From Actinomycetes bacterium (GTDB lineage: Bacteria; Actinomycetota; Acidimicrobiia; Acidimicrobiales; JANYDT01), in assembly GCA_031368095.1 (NCBI GenBank), contig JANLQX010000514.1, forward strand, positions 1-58,939: DNA of 58,939 nucleotides. Reading direction: 5' to 3'. Below are positions 1 to 8,020 of the stretch, piece after piece. Position numbers and translations under genes: made by a program. The first letter of the stretch is position 1. Each line of letters starts with the position of its first letter. A model generated the notes under the pieces. The model saw only the letters and a program-made list of their open reading frames with translations, was not told where the DNA came from and did not search any database.

Positions 1-141
1 AATATTCGGCGACTCAAAGGGCGCTTGGAAGCCCTTTCCAAAACTAAGACCCAAGAGGAAACGGAAACGATCGGCGAAGCCGCCACCGTGAACGATTGCC
101 CGGCAGAAAACAGGATCCGCTTGACGTTCCCGGGCAAGCCC
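1..141. repeat. Terminal direct repeat copy 1 (identical to 58799-58939)
   Basis: nt 1-141 (AATATTCGGCGACTCAAAGG...CGGGCAAGCCC) occur again, base for base, at 58799-58939. Confidence 0.95.
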
Positions 142-279
142 AGTGAGGAAGTCCGAAAGGAATTAAAGTCGGGAGGCTTTAAGTGGACTCCTTCTTTGGG
201 GGTGTGGCAGGCTTATCGCAACCAAAGAACAACCTCTCTGGCAATGAAAATTGCCCAGGTAGGCGCGCGCGCGGAGTAG
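1..279 (+). CDS. C-terminal part of a DUF3560-like protein (continuation of 58142..58939 across the junction)
   Basis: Frame 1 is open from nt 1 (NIRRLKGRLEALSK...) and is in frame with the ORF starting at ATG 58142. Stop is TAG 277-279. The C-terminal FPGKPSEEVRKELKSGGFKWTPSLGVWQAYRN looks like the conserved DUF3560 module. Confidence 0.7.
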   Translation, partial: NIRRLKGRLEALSKTKTQEETETIGEAATVNDCPAENRIRLTFPGKPSEEVRKELKSGGFKWTPSLGVWQAYRNQRTTSLAMKIAQVGARAE

Positions 280-303
280 TAGCTGCCTTAATTCAATGGA
301 ATA

Positions 304-340
304 ATAAAGGTGTTGACAGTTATCCACCTATAACTATATT
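304..340 (+). promoter_or_regulatory. Early sigma70-type promoter P1
   Basis: ATAAAGGTG (304-312) abuts TTGACA (313-318), followed by a 16-nt spacer and TATATT (335-340). The core is nearly identical to the promoters at 54031-54067 and 57369-57405. Confidence 0.7.
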
Positions 341-365
341 TCAATCTTAAACCAACGGAGGAAAA

Positions 366-1166
366 GTGTTAGAGACAACAATCAAAAGGGCGGCAGGCGG
401 GAATGCTTGGAGACGCCTTGGCAAAATAAAATTGGGGGTAAAAGTCCCAATAGGTGATCCCGCTGACGGGAAATCAAGACCACAAGACTTGGAGTACTTC
501 GTAATTCCGGATGCTTACAAGGAAACCCTTGGAGAAAAGCCGCAGGAGCTTTCGATCGTCCTTGCCAATCCTGACCTACGGCAAAATTTCGATTCCCGCG
601 CCGTGATGTACTTGGGAAATGGATCCAAGGCCTGCCATACCGAGGACGATAGGACTGCGCACCGATATATGAAGGTGCCAGGCGGGGATCAAAAATACAG
701 GTGGTGCGATATTGCATGCCCAAATGTGGAATGCGAGTATCGGCTTTCTAAGCAGTGCCAGGAGCGAGGCTATTTCAGCTTTATGGTTCCGGCATGCGGG
801 GAAATCGGCGTGTTCCTTCTCATTCTGGCGTCAAAGGTCGGCATCACCCAAATTTATACTGCTCTCAAGGTTCTGGAATCTCTTTGCGTTGGTCGTCCAA
901 ACGGTATGGCCGGCATCAGGCTTAAATTGCGAAGGGAACGCAAGGAGTTTTTTCAAGACTTTAAGGGCACCGGCCAACAGTCAAAGGTCGTGAAGTGGAT
1001 CCCAATGGTGGAGATCGATTTCGCTTCCCTTTTGGCAGATGACAAGCGCAGGCTCGGGCCGATGCTCGGGCAGCCAGTCCTCCTTCCATCTTTTACAGGC
1101 GAGGCTTTGGCATTGGACAGCGAATATGATTTGGACGACGAACAACATGAAGGGCAGGAAACGTGA
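366..1166 (+). CDS. Hypothetical Cys-cluster protein with acidic C-terminal tail (candidate ssDNA-binding or recombination accessory protein)
   Basis: GTG start follows a GGAGG RBS. Cys cluster reads CHTED...CDIACPNVECEYRLSKQC and the acidic tail reads DSEYDLDDEQHEGQET. The stop overlaps the start of the SbcDC gene (GTGA). I have a weak recollection of phiC31 gp3-like proteins; this is unverified. Confidence 0.6.
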   Translation: MLETTIKRAAGGNAWRRLGKIKLGVKVPIGDPADGKSRPQDLEYFVIPDAYKETLGEKPQELSIVLANPDLRQNFDSRAVMYLGNGSKACHTEDDRTAHRYMKVPGGDQKYRWCDIACPNVECEYRLSKQCQERGYFSFMVPACGEIGVFLLILASKVGITQIYTALKVLESLCVGRPNGMAGIRLKLRRERKEFFQDFKGTGQQSKVVKWIPMVEIDFASLLADDKRRLGPMLGQPVLLPSFTGEALALDSEYDLDDEQHEGQET

Positions 1167-4100
1167 AACTCATTATAACAGGCGACTGGCAATTAGACAG
1201 CAACCCAGCTTACGACAAGGTGAACCCGCTCACGAACCGGAGCACTCGCTTTGATGAAAACGTGGAAACCATCGAACGGATGCTGGATGATGGAATGGCG
1301 AAGGGTGCTGACGGGCTTCTACATCTTGGCGACCTAACCGAGAACCGCGATCCGAAGGCGATCGAAATGGCGGCGGCGGCGCGGCTTTTTGAGCATGTGT
1401 TGAGAAAGGATCGCAGAGTTTGGGGAGTAGCAGGGAATCACGACGGGAGCTTTTTCGAGGTTTCGAGCTCCAGCTTTGCCCCTCTGGCAGCCATGCGACC
1501 CGATCAATTCACCTTGTTTCACAAAGTTACCTATGACCCAGGGCTGCGCATGCTCGCGGTACCGTATATTCACCGCGCAACTCCAGCGGAGATTCGTGCT
1601 TTGGTTGAGAGCGCCTATCCGGAGGATATAGGGCACGGTCCTGTTTTCGGAGCTGTCCATTATGGTTTGCGAGGCTGCACTGTTGGCGCCAGGAACCAGG
1701 TTCTACCGGGTGATTATCTAGGCCCAGACGAATTATTAGCACGACCCCTCGATCATGTTTTTGCCGGGCACATTCATAAAGCGCAGGAAGTTGATTTGAA
1801 CGGCGTGCCAGGATGGCATCCCGGATCGCCTATTATTTGCGATATGGGGGAAAGGGTAGACCGAAAAACCTACTTACTTTTTGATACTATTAGCCGAAAG
1901 GTGGAGGTTTTCGACGTGCCAAAGCGTCGAAATTGGGTTTCCGTGGTCTATGGGCCCGATATATCCAATAAAACCCCGGAATGGGGCCCGGAAGACCTTT
2001 TAAGGGTAACCGGTACCTATGAGAAGCCCGATTACCCCAAAGGAACCTTAGAGGCGGCTTTCAAGGCGGGCCTACCACGTCCTTTTGCCCTCGAAGTTGA
2101 GGTGAAAAGCGCCAAAGTCGAAAGGGCATTAAGATCGTTATCCGTGACCAGTGCGGGAGGTTTGCGGGAGGCTTTACAAACTTATGTCCGAGAGAAATAC
2201 CCACGGCAAAGCGATACCCCTGGGCCAATCGGCCCTGCCACAGAATTGGCATTGGCCGCGCTCCAAGAGCAAGGCGGATTGAGTTACTGTTCGCAGATTT
2301 ATCCGTCCGAGATCAGCATTTCGAACTTTATGACCTTTGCAAAGCTTACCCGCCAATTTGCAACAGGAGATCCAATGCTTATCGCCGGCGAAAATGGAGT
2401 GGGGAAGACCAACTTTTTCGAAGCGATTCTGTGGGCGCTTACCGGGCGAACATCCAAAGGCCTGGACTTGGCCGGTGTGGTGAGGCAAGGGACTCAGGAA
2501 GCCGAAGTGATTATGGGTTTACTTGGAAGCAACGACGATGAGGAAGACCAGCATTTCCGGATCTCTCGATCTGTAAAGCTATCGAAGGCAGGAAAGCCGT
2601 CTCAGCGTTTGACGCTTGAAAGGATGCATCCGGTAACCCTTGCATGGGATAAAACCCTTTCCGATGGGTCCCAGGCGGAAATCCAGGGCCGGATTGACGG
2701 ATTGGTTGGCGGATCCTTTCTTACCCTACGCACCACCAATTTCAAGTTCCAAAAGGACAACAGCCCGTTTATTGCGTGCCATCCTACCGAACGAAAGGCG
2801 GTAATCGGGGAGGTCACCGGCCTTGCGCCTTTAGGAAGGGCGTTCAAAGCTTTGGACGCAAAGAGGCTGGAAAGCGCTCGGGCATTTCAGGCGGGAAAGG
2901 ATCGCCTATCCGGAATGGTTGTCGCGGGCGAGGGTAATGACTCGCAAATCGCACAGTATCGACACGACGAAGAAATTGTTTCCGCTGAAATGGAGGCGGC
3001 GCGCGCCGAGGCGCCTTTGGCAGAAGCTGTAGTGGAAGCAGCAAATGAAGCGTCACGCAAGGCCAAGAGCGAAGCCATGGAGATTGAGACGCAATACCGC
3101 GAACAGCCAAATACGGAGGCTATAGCGAAAGCTTCGGCCCAGGCGCATGCCACGTTTGAAGCGGCGTACCAATCCGGACGGGCAGAGAAGGTTAAATCGC
3201 ATGGAGCGCTGAAGGCAAGCATCGCCAGTGCCATGGCAGAGTTAACCGAAACGAAGGTGCCGACGAAGGATGAGTTACAGGTTTTGGAGGCTAATTCGGC
3301 GGCATTGACCGGCGCCAGGGAATCGCTTCGCTCCGAAATGGCTTTAGCCCGCAACGATTTATCAACCGTAGAGGTGAGGGCTTCTGCATTGGGGGCGGCT
3401 GTCGCTACCCACGGGGTTGCTTTACGGAATGCAGAACACGAGCTGCATGCCCTAGGTGAAATCCAGGCCGAAGCGGAGGTAATAGCTGCTCGGGACATGG
3501 CGGAGGCGGAAGCGGCGGAATCCGTGGAGGCCTATAATCTCGCTCTCCAGGAGTGCGTCACAGTAAGAGAAGCGGCCAAGGCTTTGGCGGATAGGGCTGC
3601 ATCACTTTTGGCAGAGAAAAGCGCTTTCTCCGGCAAGGACGTGGGGGCGTGCTCCAGGTGCGGGCAGGCAATCGACTCCACCCACATGCTAATGGAGATA
3701 GCGCGTATCGACGGAGAAATTGAAGCCAACGCGCTGCTTATTCAGGAGGTCGCAACCAAAACCAAAGAGGCTAACACGGCCTTTATTGCTTCGACCGCAA
3801 GGAAAACCACGGCACAGGAGAACGCGAAAAAAGCGAGCGAAGCGTTCCACTCCTTGAAGCTTAAAACCCAGTTACACCAATCCATGACCGTGAAAGCGCA
3901 AGATCTTAAGAATTCCTTAGCTACAGCCGAGGCTGAGCACGCCAAAAAGAAAAGCGAATCGGAAAACTTGGTTAGGGTTGTGGCTAGGGTGTATGCCGAA
4001 CTGGCTTCTTCCGAAGCTCAGGTTGCTAAGGCTATTTTAGAGGCCACGACTGCGAGAGCAAGTGTGCAAAAAGCAGAATCTACCCGGGGGAGGCTGGAAG

Positions 4101-5020
4101 CCTTAAACGCCCAGTTGGAGGAATTGACGGCGGCAGGGATTCGCGAGCGAGCGGAATACGAAGCGGAAATTGTGAGACTGATTGTAGTCGCCGAGGAAGC
4201 GAAGCTAGCGCATGACGGGCAGGTAATTTTGTTGAGCATCCTTCGGGAAAAGATGGAGGCGGCCCGATTGGCGGTTGAGGCAGCCAATACCAATCTGACA
4301 ACCGTGACGCTGGCGCTCCATGCTTTGCGCACAAGGATCAGTGTGGCGGAGCAGCGAGCGGAGAGCATCAAAACCGCAATTGCTAGACTTGTCTCGCAGC
4401 AGAGCACGTTGGTAGAAGCCCGGTTCGAGTTGGGCTTGATGAAGGAGCGCTCGGAGATAGACGAATGCGCCGCAGGGCTCCTGGACGCGCGTAGCGGGCT
4501 ACCCGTGTACCTGATTGACCAAGCACTTCCATTCTTGGAGGATCGAATCAACTACTATTTAACCATGCTTGGCATGGAGCGCCTGGTCGTGCAGCTTAGT
4601 ACTTTGGCGGAGGATAAGGAAACCCTAGCGGTATTAATCGACAATGGGCGGCCAGGGCCCAGGCTGGACGTGGCGGCCTATTCCGGAGGCCAGCTTGACC
4701 GCGTGGAATACGGTGTTAAATGTGCCCTTGCGGACTTGGCAAGGCAGAGCAGAGGGGTAACCTTTGGGCTCGTTTGCTTTGATGAACCGAGTGGCGGGTT
4801 AAATGCGGCCGGTAAGGATGCGTTGATAAGCCTCCTGTACGAGCGCTGTTCGGCGTACCCCGTCACCATTTTGACCAGCCATGATGAAGCCCTTATACGC
4901 GCATTTCACAATCAAATCCGGTTTGGGCAGGGGCCTGATGAGGAAACTATTGTATTGGGGGAACAAGTAGGGTTAGAAATAAAGGAGAATTTAGTGAAGG
5001 AGATGGCCGCAGTCGATTAA
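1163..5020 (+). CDS. Fused SbcD-SbcC (Mre11-Rad50-like) nuclease-ATPase, 1285 aa
   Basis: N-terminal calcineurin-like phosphoesterase motifs: GDWQLD, LHLGDL, VAGNHDG, AGHIH. Then a Walker A (GENGVGKT), a long Ala/Glu-rich coiled coil with a central CSRC (nt 3650-3661, zinc-hook-like), a signature-like YSGGQ and a Walker B (LVCFDEPSGGL). Confidence 0.8.
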   Translation: MKLIITGDWQLDSNPAYDKVNPLTNRSTRFDENVETIERMLDDGMAKGADGLLHLGDLTENRDPKAIEMAAAARLFEHVLRKDRRVWGVAGNHDGSFFEVSSSSFAPLAAMRPDQFTLFHKVTYDPGLRMLAVPYIHRATPAEIRALVESAYPEDIGHGPVFGAVHYGLRGCTVGARNQVLPGDYLGPDELLARPLDHVFAGHIHKAQEVDLNGVPGWHPGSPIICDMGERVDRKTYLLFDTISRKVEVFDVPKRRNWVSVVYGPDISNKTPEWGPEDLLRVTGTYEKPDYPKGTLEAAFKAGLPRPFALEVEVKSAKVERALRSLSVTSAGGLREALQTYVREKYPRQSDTPGPIGPATELALAALQEQGGLSYCSQIYPSEISISNFMTFAKLTRQFATGDPMLIAGENGVGKTNFFEAILWALTGRTSKGLDLAGVVRQGTQEAEVIMGLLGSNDDEEDQHFRISRSVKLSKAGKPSQRLTLERMHPVTLAWDKTLSDGSQAEIQGRIDGLVGGSFLTLRTTNFKFQKDNSPFIACHPTERKAVIGEVTGLAPLGRAFKALDAKRLESARAFQAGKDRLSGMVVAGEGNDSQIAQYRHDEEIVSAEMEAARAEAPLAEAVVEAANEASRKAKSEAMEIETQYREQPNTEAIAKASAQAHATFEAAYQSGRAEKVKSHGALKASIASAMAELTETKVPTKDELQVLEANSAALTGARESLRSEMALARNDLSTVEVRASALGAAVATHGVALRNAEHELHALGEIQAEAEVIAARDMAEAEAAESVEAYNLALQECVTVREAAKALADRAASLLAEKSAFSGKDVGACSRCGQAIDSTHMLMEIARIDGEIEANALLIQEVATKTKEANTAFIASTARKTTAQENAKKASEAFHSLKLKTQLHQSMTVKAQDLKNSLATAEAEHAKKKSESENLVRVVARVYAELASSEAQVAKAILEATTARASVQKAESTRGRLEALNAQLEELTAAGIRERAEYEAEIVRLIVVAEEAKLAHDGQVILLSILREKMEAARLAVEAANTNLTTVTLALHALRTRISVAEQRAESIKTAIARLVSQQSTLVEARFELGLMKERSEIDECAAGLLDARSGLPVYLIDQALPFLEDRINYYLTMLGMERLVVQLSTLAEDKETLAVLIDNGRPGPRLDVAAYSGGQLDRVEYGVKCALADLARQSRGVTFGLVCFDEPSGGLNAAGKDALISLLYERCSAYPVTILTSHDEALIRAFHNQIRFGQGPDEETIVLGEQVGLEIKENLVKEMAAVD

Positions 5021-5057
5021 AATATTATTCCAGTTATTCCATAAAAGGAGCAACAGA

Positions 5058-5474
5058 ATGACCAGTGAACAACCAGGACAGGTAGAAGGAGCAGGGGAAA
5101 TGAACGAGCAAAAGCCGGTGGATATTGAGGCAATAAGGGCCAGAGCAAACGCAGCAACTCCAGGGCCATGGGGGACAGGCCATAATGATACCTATGTATC
5201 TGGCCCGTTAACGGATGGGGAATGGGACTGGATTATAGGTGATATTCCGGTCGATGACGGGCAAGAGCAAGAGGATTACAGAGGACATCGGATAAAGGAA
5301 AATTGCATATTTGTGGCCAATGCCCGCCAAGACGTTCCCGCCCTATGCGATGATGTTGAAGCCCTGCGCTATACGCTAACCGTTTTACGCATCATGGCTG
5401 TACAAGCGCAGTCCATAGGGAAAGACATAAACCCAAGTAAAATACTAGAGGAGTTAAACCGTGAGCATAGATAA
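5058..5474 (+). CDS. Ea22-like hypothetical protein
   Basis: RBS AAAAGGAG upstream. The motif IEAIRARANAATPGPW and the C-terminal ALCDDVEALR are reminiscent of ead/Ea22-like prophage proteins. Confidence 0.6.
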   Translation: MTSEQPGQVEGAGEMNEQKPVDIEAIRARANAATPGPWGTGHNDTYVSGPLTDGEWDWIIGDIPVDDGQEQEDYRGHRIKENCIFVANARQDVPALCDDVEALRYTLTVLRIMAVQAQSIGKDINPSKILEELNREHR

Positions 5475-5691
5475 ACCGGTGGATTTGGACGCATTGATCG
5501 AACAGCTACTAGATGATGACCAGGACTTCCCAGGGCCAAACGTCCTGGTTAAAGTTTTGCGGGAATTAAAGGATGCCAGAGCCCTATGCGATGAGGTTGA
5601 AGCCCTGAGGGAACGGGTGAAGGAGTTGGAAAAAAAGAACCGTGACATCTTAGACTCTTTAGATGACGATATTCCTGAGTACAACGATTGA
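5461..5691 (+). CDS. Hypothetical coiled-coil protein (shares the ALCDEVEALR motif with the upstream gene)
   Basis: GTG start with a 14-nt overlap on the upstream gene. LKDARALCDEVEALRERVKELEKKN resembles the C-terminus of 5058..5474. Confidence 0.55.
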   Translation: MSIDKPVDLDALIEQLLDDDQDFPGPNVLVKVLRELKDARALCDEVEALRERVKELEKKNRDILDSLDDDIPEYND

Positions 5692-5870
5692 AAGCCTTGC
5701 GTGTAGTTAAATGCTGCGTTTGCGGACTCGGAACCGTTGAATCGTTAGGGTATCCATTGGGAGGTGACCCAGATAATGTTATCGGCCCCTTTTGCTGGAA
5801 ATGTTATAACATTAGATACGAGAGAAGAAGAATAAAACAGGAACCAACCAAAGGAACGGAGAAGGTATGA
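5688..5870 (+). CDS. Small Zn-finger-like protein
   Basis: TTG start overlaps the upstream stop. Contains CCVCG...CWKC cysteine pairs. Confidence 0.5.
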   Translation: MKALRVVKCCVCGLGTVESLGYPLGGDPDNVIGPFCWKCYNIRYERRRIKQEPTKGTEKV

Positions 5871-6079
5871 AGCGGATAGAAACAAAATGGGCAGAGGTAA
5901 GCAAACAATTGAATCCATTGAGGTCTAAAGAAGTTAAAGAATCTCAACGGCTTATGTTTTTTGCTGGTGCCTGTGCAGTCGCTGAATTGTTGGTAGAGGC
6001 TGAGAAGTCACCCTATGGCGTACAAATCATAGAGGACTTTGGCCGAGAATTGGCCGAGTGGGGAGAAATGAATGGATAA
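5867..6079 (+). CDS. Hypothetical protein
   Basis: ATGA overlap with the upstream gene; 70 codons. Confidence 0.55.
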   Translation: MKRIETKWAEVSKQLNPLRSKEVKESQRLMFFAGACAVAELLVEAEKSPYGVQIIEDFGRELAEWGEMNG

Positions 6080-6111
6080 GGCTACAATCACATGAAATAT
6101 GAATGTTTATA

Positions 6112-6624
6112 TTACCAATTGCTTTTTTCTTTTGCGTGCGACAGTGATGCCTTAATTTGAGCACCAAATGCCAGGAGCTTTGGCTTAATGTCGCTCATCT
6201 GCCCTTTGGACCATACAGGGTTTTCCCCTGCCGATATAGTGGTAACAGAATTCGAAAAATAGGGGTGATAGACTTTTAAATTTGAAAAGCTCAATCTAAA
6301 CTTTTCATCCTTCACTTCCACTTTCATTGTGAATAGAACTTTGTTCCCCTCCTGTCCGATGCAGCTAAGACCTTCGCATGGATAGCCTACCATTCCATTG
6401 CCTATCAAACTTCCATCTTCTTTGTTTTCATACTCCAGAACCGCTTTAGAGGACTTAAAATTCTCTGCGATCCAAATCTTAACTCCATCGAATAGCGAGT
6501 CCTTTGCAAACCCAGGAACCTGAAAAACCTGCTCTATTTCGAGCTCTTGTGGTTTTGCTTGTTGCGAGCTGGCGCAGGCCAACATAAGGATTGGCGCTAA
6601 AATGATGAAAAGATTCTTAAGCAT
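6112..6624 (-). CDS. Phage-encoded lipoprotein (DUF4468-like); candidate superinfection-exclusion or moron product
   Basis: Signal peptide with lipobox (MLKNLFIILAPILMLAC). The body (VFQVPGFAKDSLFDGVKIWIAENFKSSKAVLEYENKEDGSLIGNG) resembles DUF4468 lipoproteins. It lies immediately downstream of the repressor on the minus strand, in a visibly AT-rich patch. Confidence 0.7.
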   Translation of the reverse strand: MLKNLFIILAPILMLACASSQQAKPQELEIEQVFQVPGFAKDSLFDGVKIWIAENFKSSKAVLEYENKEDGSLIGNGMVGYPCEGLSCIGQEGNKVLFTMKVEVKDEKFRLSFSNLKVYHPYFSNSVTTISAGENPVWSKGQMSDIKPKLLAFGAQIKASLSHAKEKSNW

Positions 6625-6674
6625 AAGGTCCTTTTTTTATCGATTTGACTGGGTTTATCTGGAAATGGAGAAGT

Positions 6675-6974
6675 CTATTTACGGAGGATATCAAGCACTT
6701 TTTCCAATTTATCTTTCAACATGGAAATATCCGCCTTCAGCGATCCAAGGTCGCCAGCAATCTCCTCTCTGGTGACCCAAACATTCTCGGATCTTGTCTC
6801 ATGGGGAAAGCTATCGGCATAGCCCATTCTCCTTAATTTTCCCTGAATTTTTCCGGGAACGGAAACTCTTCCGGTCTCGTACGCCGAGTAGGATTTTTGG
6901 TTAGATCCAAGTTTTTGAGCCATTTCGGTTTGCGTCAAACCCTTTTCTATACGCCAATTCTTTAAATTTTGCAT
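6675..6974 (-). CDS. XRE-family HTH repressor (CI-like)
   Basis: HTH sequence WRIEKGLTQTEMAQKLGSNQKSYSAYETGR. It is divergent from the + strand gene at 7092, and a minus-strand promoter sits just upstream. Confidence 0.8.
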   Translation of the reverse strand: MQNLKNWRIEKGLTQTEMAQKLGSNQKSYSAYETGRVSVPGKIQGKLRRMGYADSFPHETRSENVWVTREEIAGDLGSLKADISMLKDKLEKVLDILRK

Positions 6975-6986
6975 AATTTAGCCGTT

Positions 6987-7071
6987 TCTATAAATACTTT
7001 GGTAAATCCGAGCAATTACTTGACATACCCAAGTAATCTAGAGTATCTTTATGTATGTGCAATTTGGTAAA
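6987..7071. promoter_or_regulatory. Divergent immunity-switch promoters and operators
   Basis: Minus strand: -35 TTGCTC (7010-7015) and -10 TATAGA (6987-6992) with a 17-nt spacer; the -10 ends 12 nt before the repressor ATG. Plus strand: TTGACA (7020-7025), with a weak -10 TATCTT (7044-7049). The inverted repeat ATTACTTG (7015-7022) / CAAGTAAT (7030-7037) overlaps the + strand -35. TTTGGTAAA occurs at 6998-7006 and 7063-7071. Confidence 0.6.
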
Positions 7072-7091
7072 CAACAAGAAAGGCTTAAAAC

Positions 7092-7280
7092 ATGAGTTCC
7101 ACAAAAAAGACCCCCTCTCTAATAATTGCAGTAGATAAAGAAACCAGTATGAAAGTTAGAGAGCTTCAATTTGAATTTTTCATAAAAACCGATGGGGGAA
7201 GAGTTTCCCAAAGCGCTATAGCCAACAAGGCGTTTTCCAAAATTACCATAGCGGATTTTCTTCCTAAAAAAGAATCTTAA
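7092..7280 (+). CDS. Small DNA-binding-like protein (RHH-like, Cro analogue candidate)
   Basis: First gene divergent from the repressor. SLIIAVDKETSMKVRELQFEF looks like a strand-helix RHH N-terminus. AT-rich. Confidence 0.45.
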   Translation: MSSTKKTPSLIIAVDKETSMKVRELQFEFFIKTDGGRVSQSAIANKAFSKITIADFLPKKES

Positions 7281-7327
7281 TAACACTATAACCGTCTGTC
7301 AATAAATAAAATAGAGAGAACCAACAA

Positions 7328-7765
7328 ATGCTAAACACAATAAATAAACCATTACACGACAGTCATAATCGGTTTTCATCAATTCAAGATGTGTTTCCAA
7401 TCGATTTAGGTCATGCTTTAGAGCCAACACAGTCGAGTGAGTGTAGAGAGTACTCTACTCCATTCCGGATTTTTCCGACTAAAGGGAAGCCTGAATGCTA
7501 TTCGATTTTGTTCGCGTGCAGCTACCAAACAAAATATGGGTTCTATGATCTTTTAGGTGAAGGCATTCCAGAAGAGGTGGCAATCATGATTTTGGAGGCT
7601 GTTCACGAAAAAATGAAGAAGCCTGATTCAATCAACATGCGATCGCATTTTGCCCCAAGGTTCATTTTTATGTTGGCTGGTGCCGAAGTATGGGGAAATC
7701 GAGGTGAAACATGGTGGCATGGCTTAGCGTCGAAAAATTCTGTTTGTAAAGGAAATCGATGCTGA
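7328..7765 (+). CDS. Hypothetical protein (AT-rich moron candidate)
   Basis: 145 codons with no recognisable motif, followed by its own strong hairpin terminator. Confidence 0.5.
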   Translation: MLNTINKPLHDSHNRFSSIQDVFPIDLGHALEPTQSSECREYSTPFRIFPTKGKPECYSILFACSYQTKYGFYDLLGEGIPEEVAIMILEAVHEKMKKPDSINMRSHFAPRFIFMLAGAEVWGNRGETWWHGLASKNSVCKGNRC

Positions 7766-7769
7766 AAAC

Positions 7770-7805
7770 AAATAACACAAATACCGCTTGTTATTTGTGT
7801 TATTT
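7770..7805 (+). terminator. Hairpin terminator
   Basis: AAATAACACAAATA (7770-7783) pairs perfectly with TATTTGTGTTATTT (7792-7805) around the loop CCGCTTGT; the 3' arm is T-rich. Confidence 0.6.
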
Positions 7806-7850
7806 AGTATACATTTGTGGAATAAGAGATTCCAGAAATTTAAGGGACAG

Positions 7851-7967
7851 CAAGGCCCCTCACCCAAGTAAGGATTGAAATAAAAAACCGAAACCAAAAA
7901 TAAATTGCCGGCCTCGGGGGGTTAAGCCTTGCAGCCTCCCTTACTTGGGCCTTCCGAGCGCCGGCAA
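7851..7967. repeat. Interleaved inverted-repeat cluster with a central A-rich tract (candidate ori, regulatory element or structured RNA)
   Basis: CCCAAGTAAGG (7863-7873) pairs with CCTTACTTGGG (7939-7949). TTGCCGGC-CTCGG (7905-7917) pairs with CCGAGCGCCGGCAA (7954-7967). AAGGCCC (7852-7858) pairs with GGGCCTT (7947-7953). An A-rich tract spans 7876-7904. Confidence 0.5.
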
Positions 7968-8020
7968 CATATTTGGAGTGTGTATGCGCGATTGCGCTAC
8001 TAAAATCAGATCGTTTGAGT

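Noticed and set aside
2887-4551. Long antisense ORFs (2887..3498, 3532..3729, 3742..3945, 4018..4551, minus strand) inside the SbcC-like region
   Set aside because: They lie opposite the Ala/Glu-rich coiled coil (GCN/GAR codons read as Ala/Ser-rich on the other strand). They have no RBS or operon context and are fully contained in a well-supported + strand gene. These are shadow ORFs.
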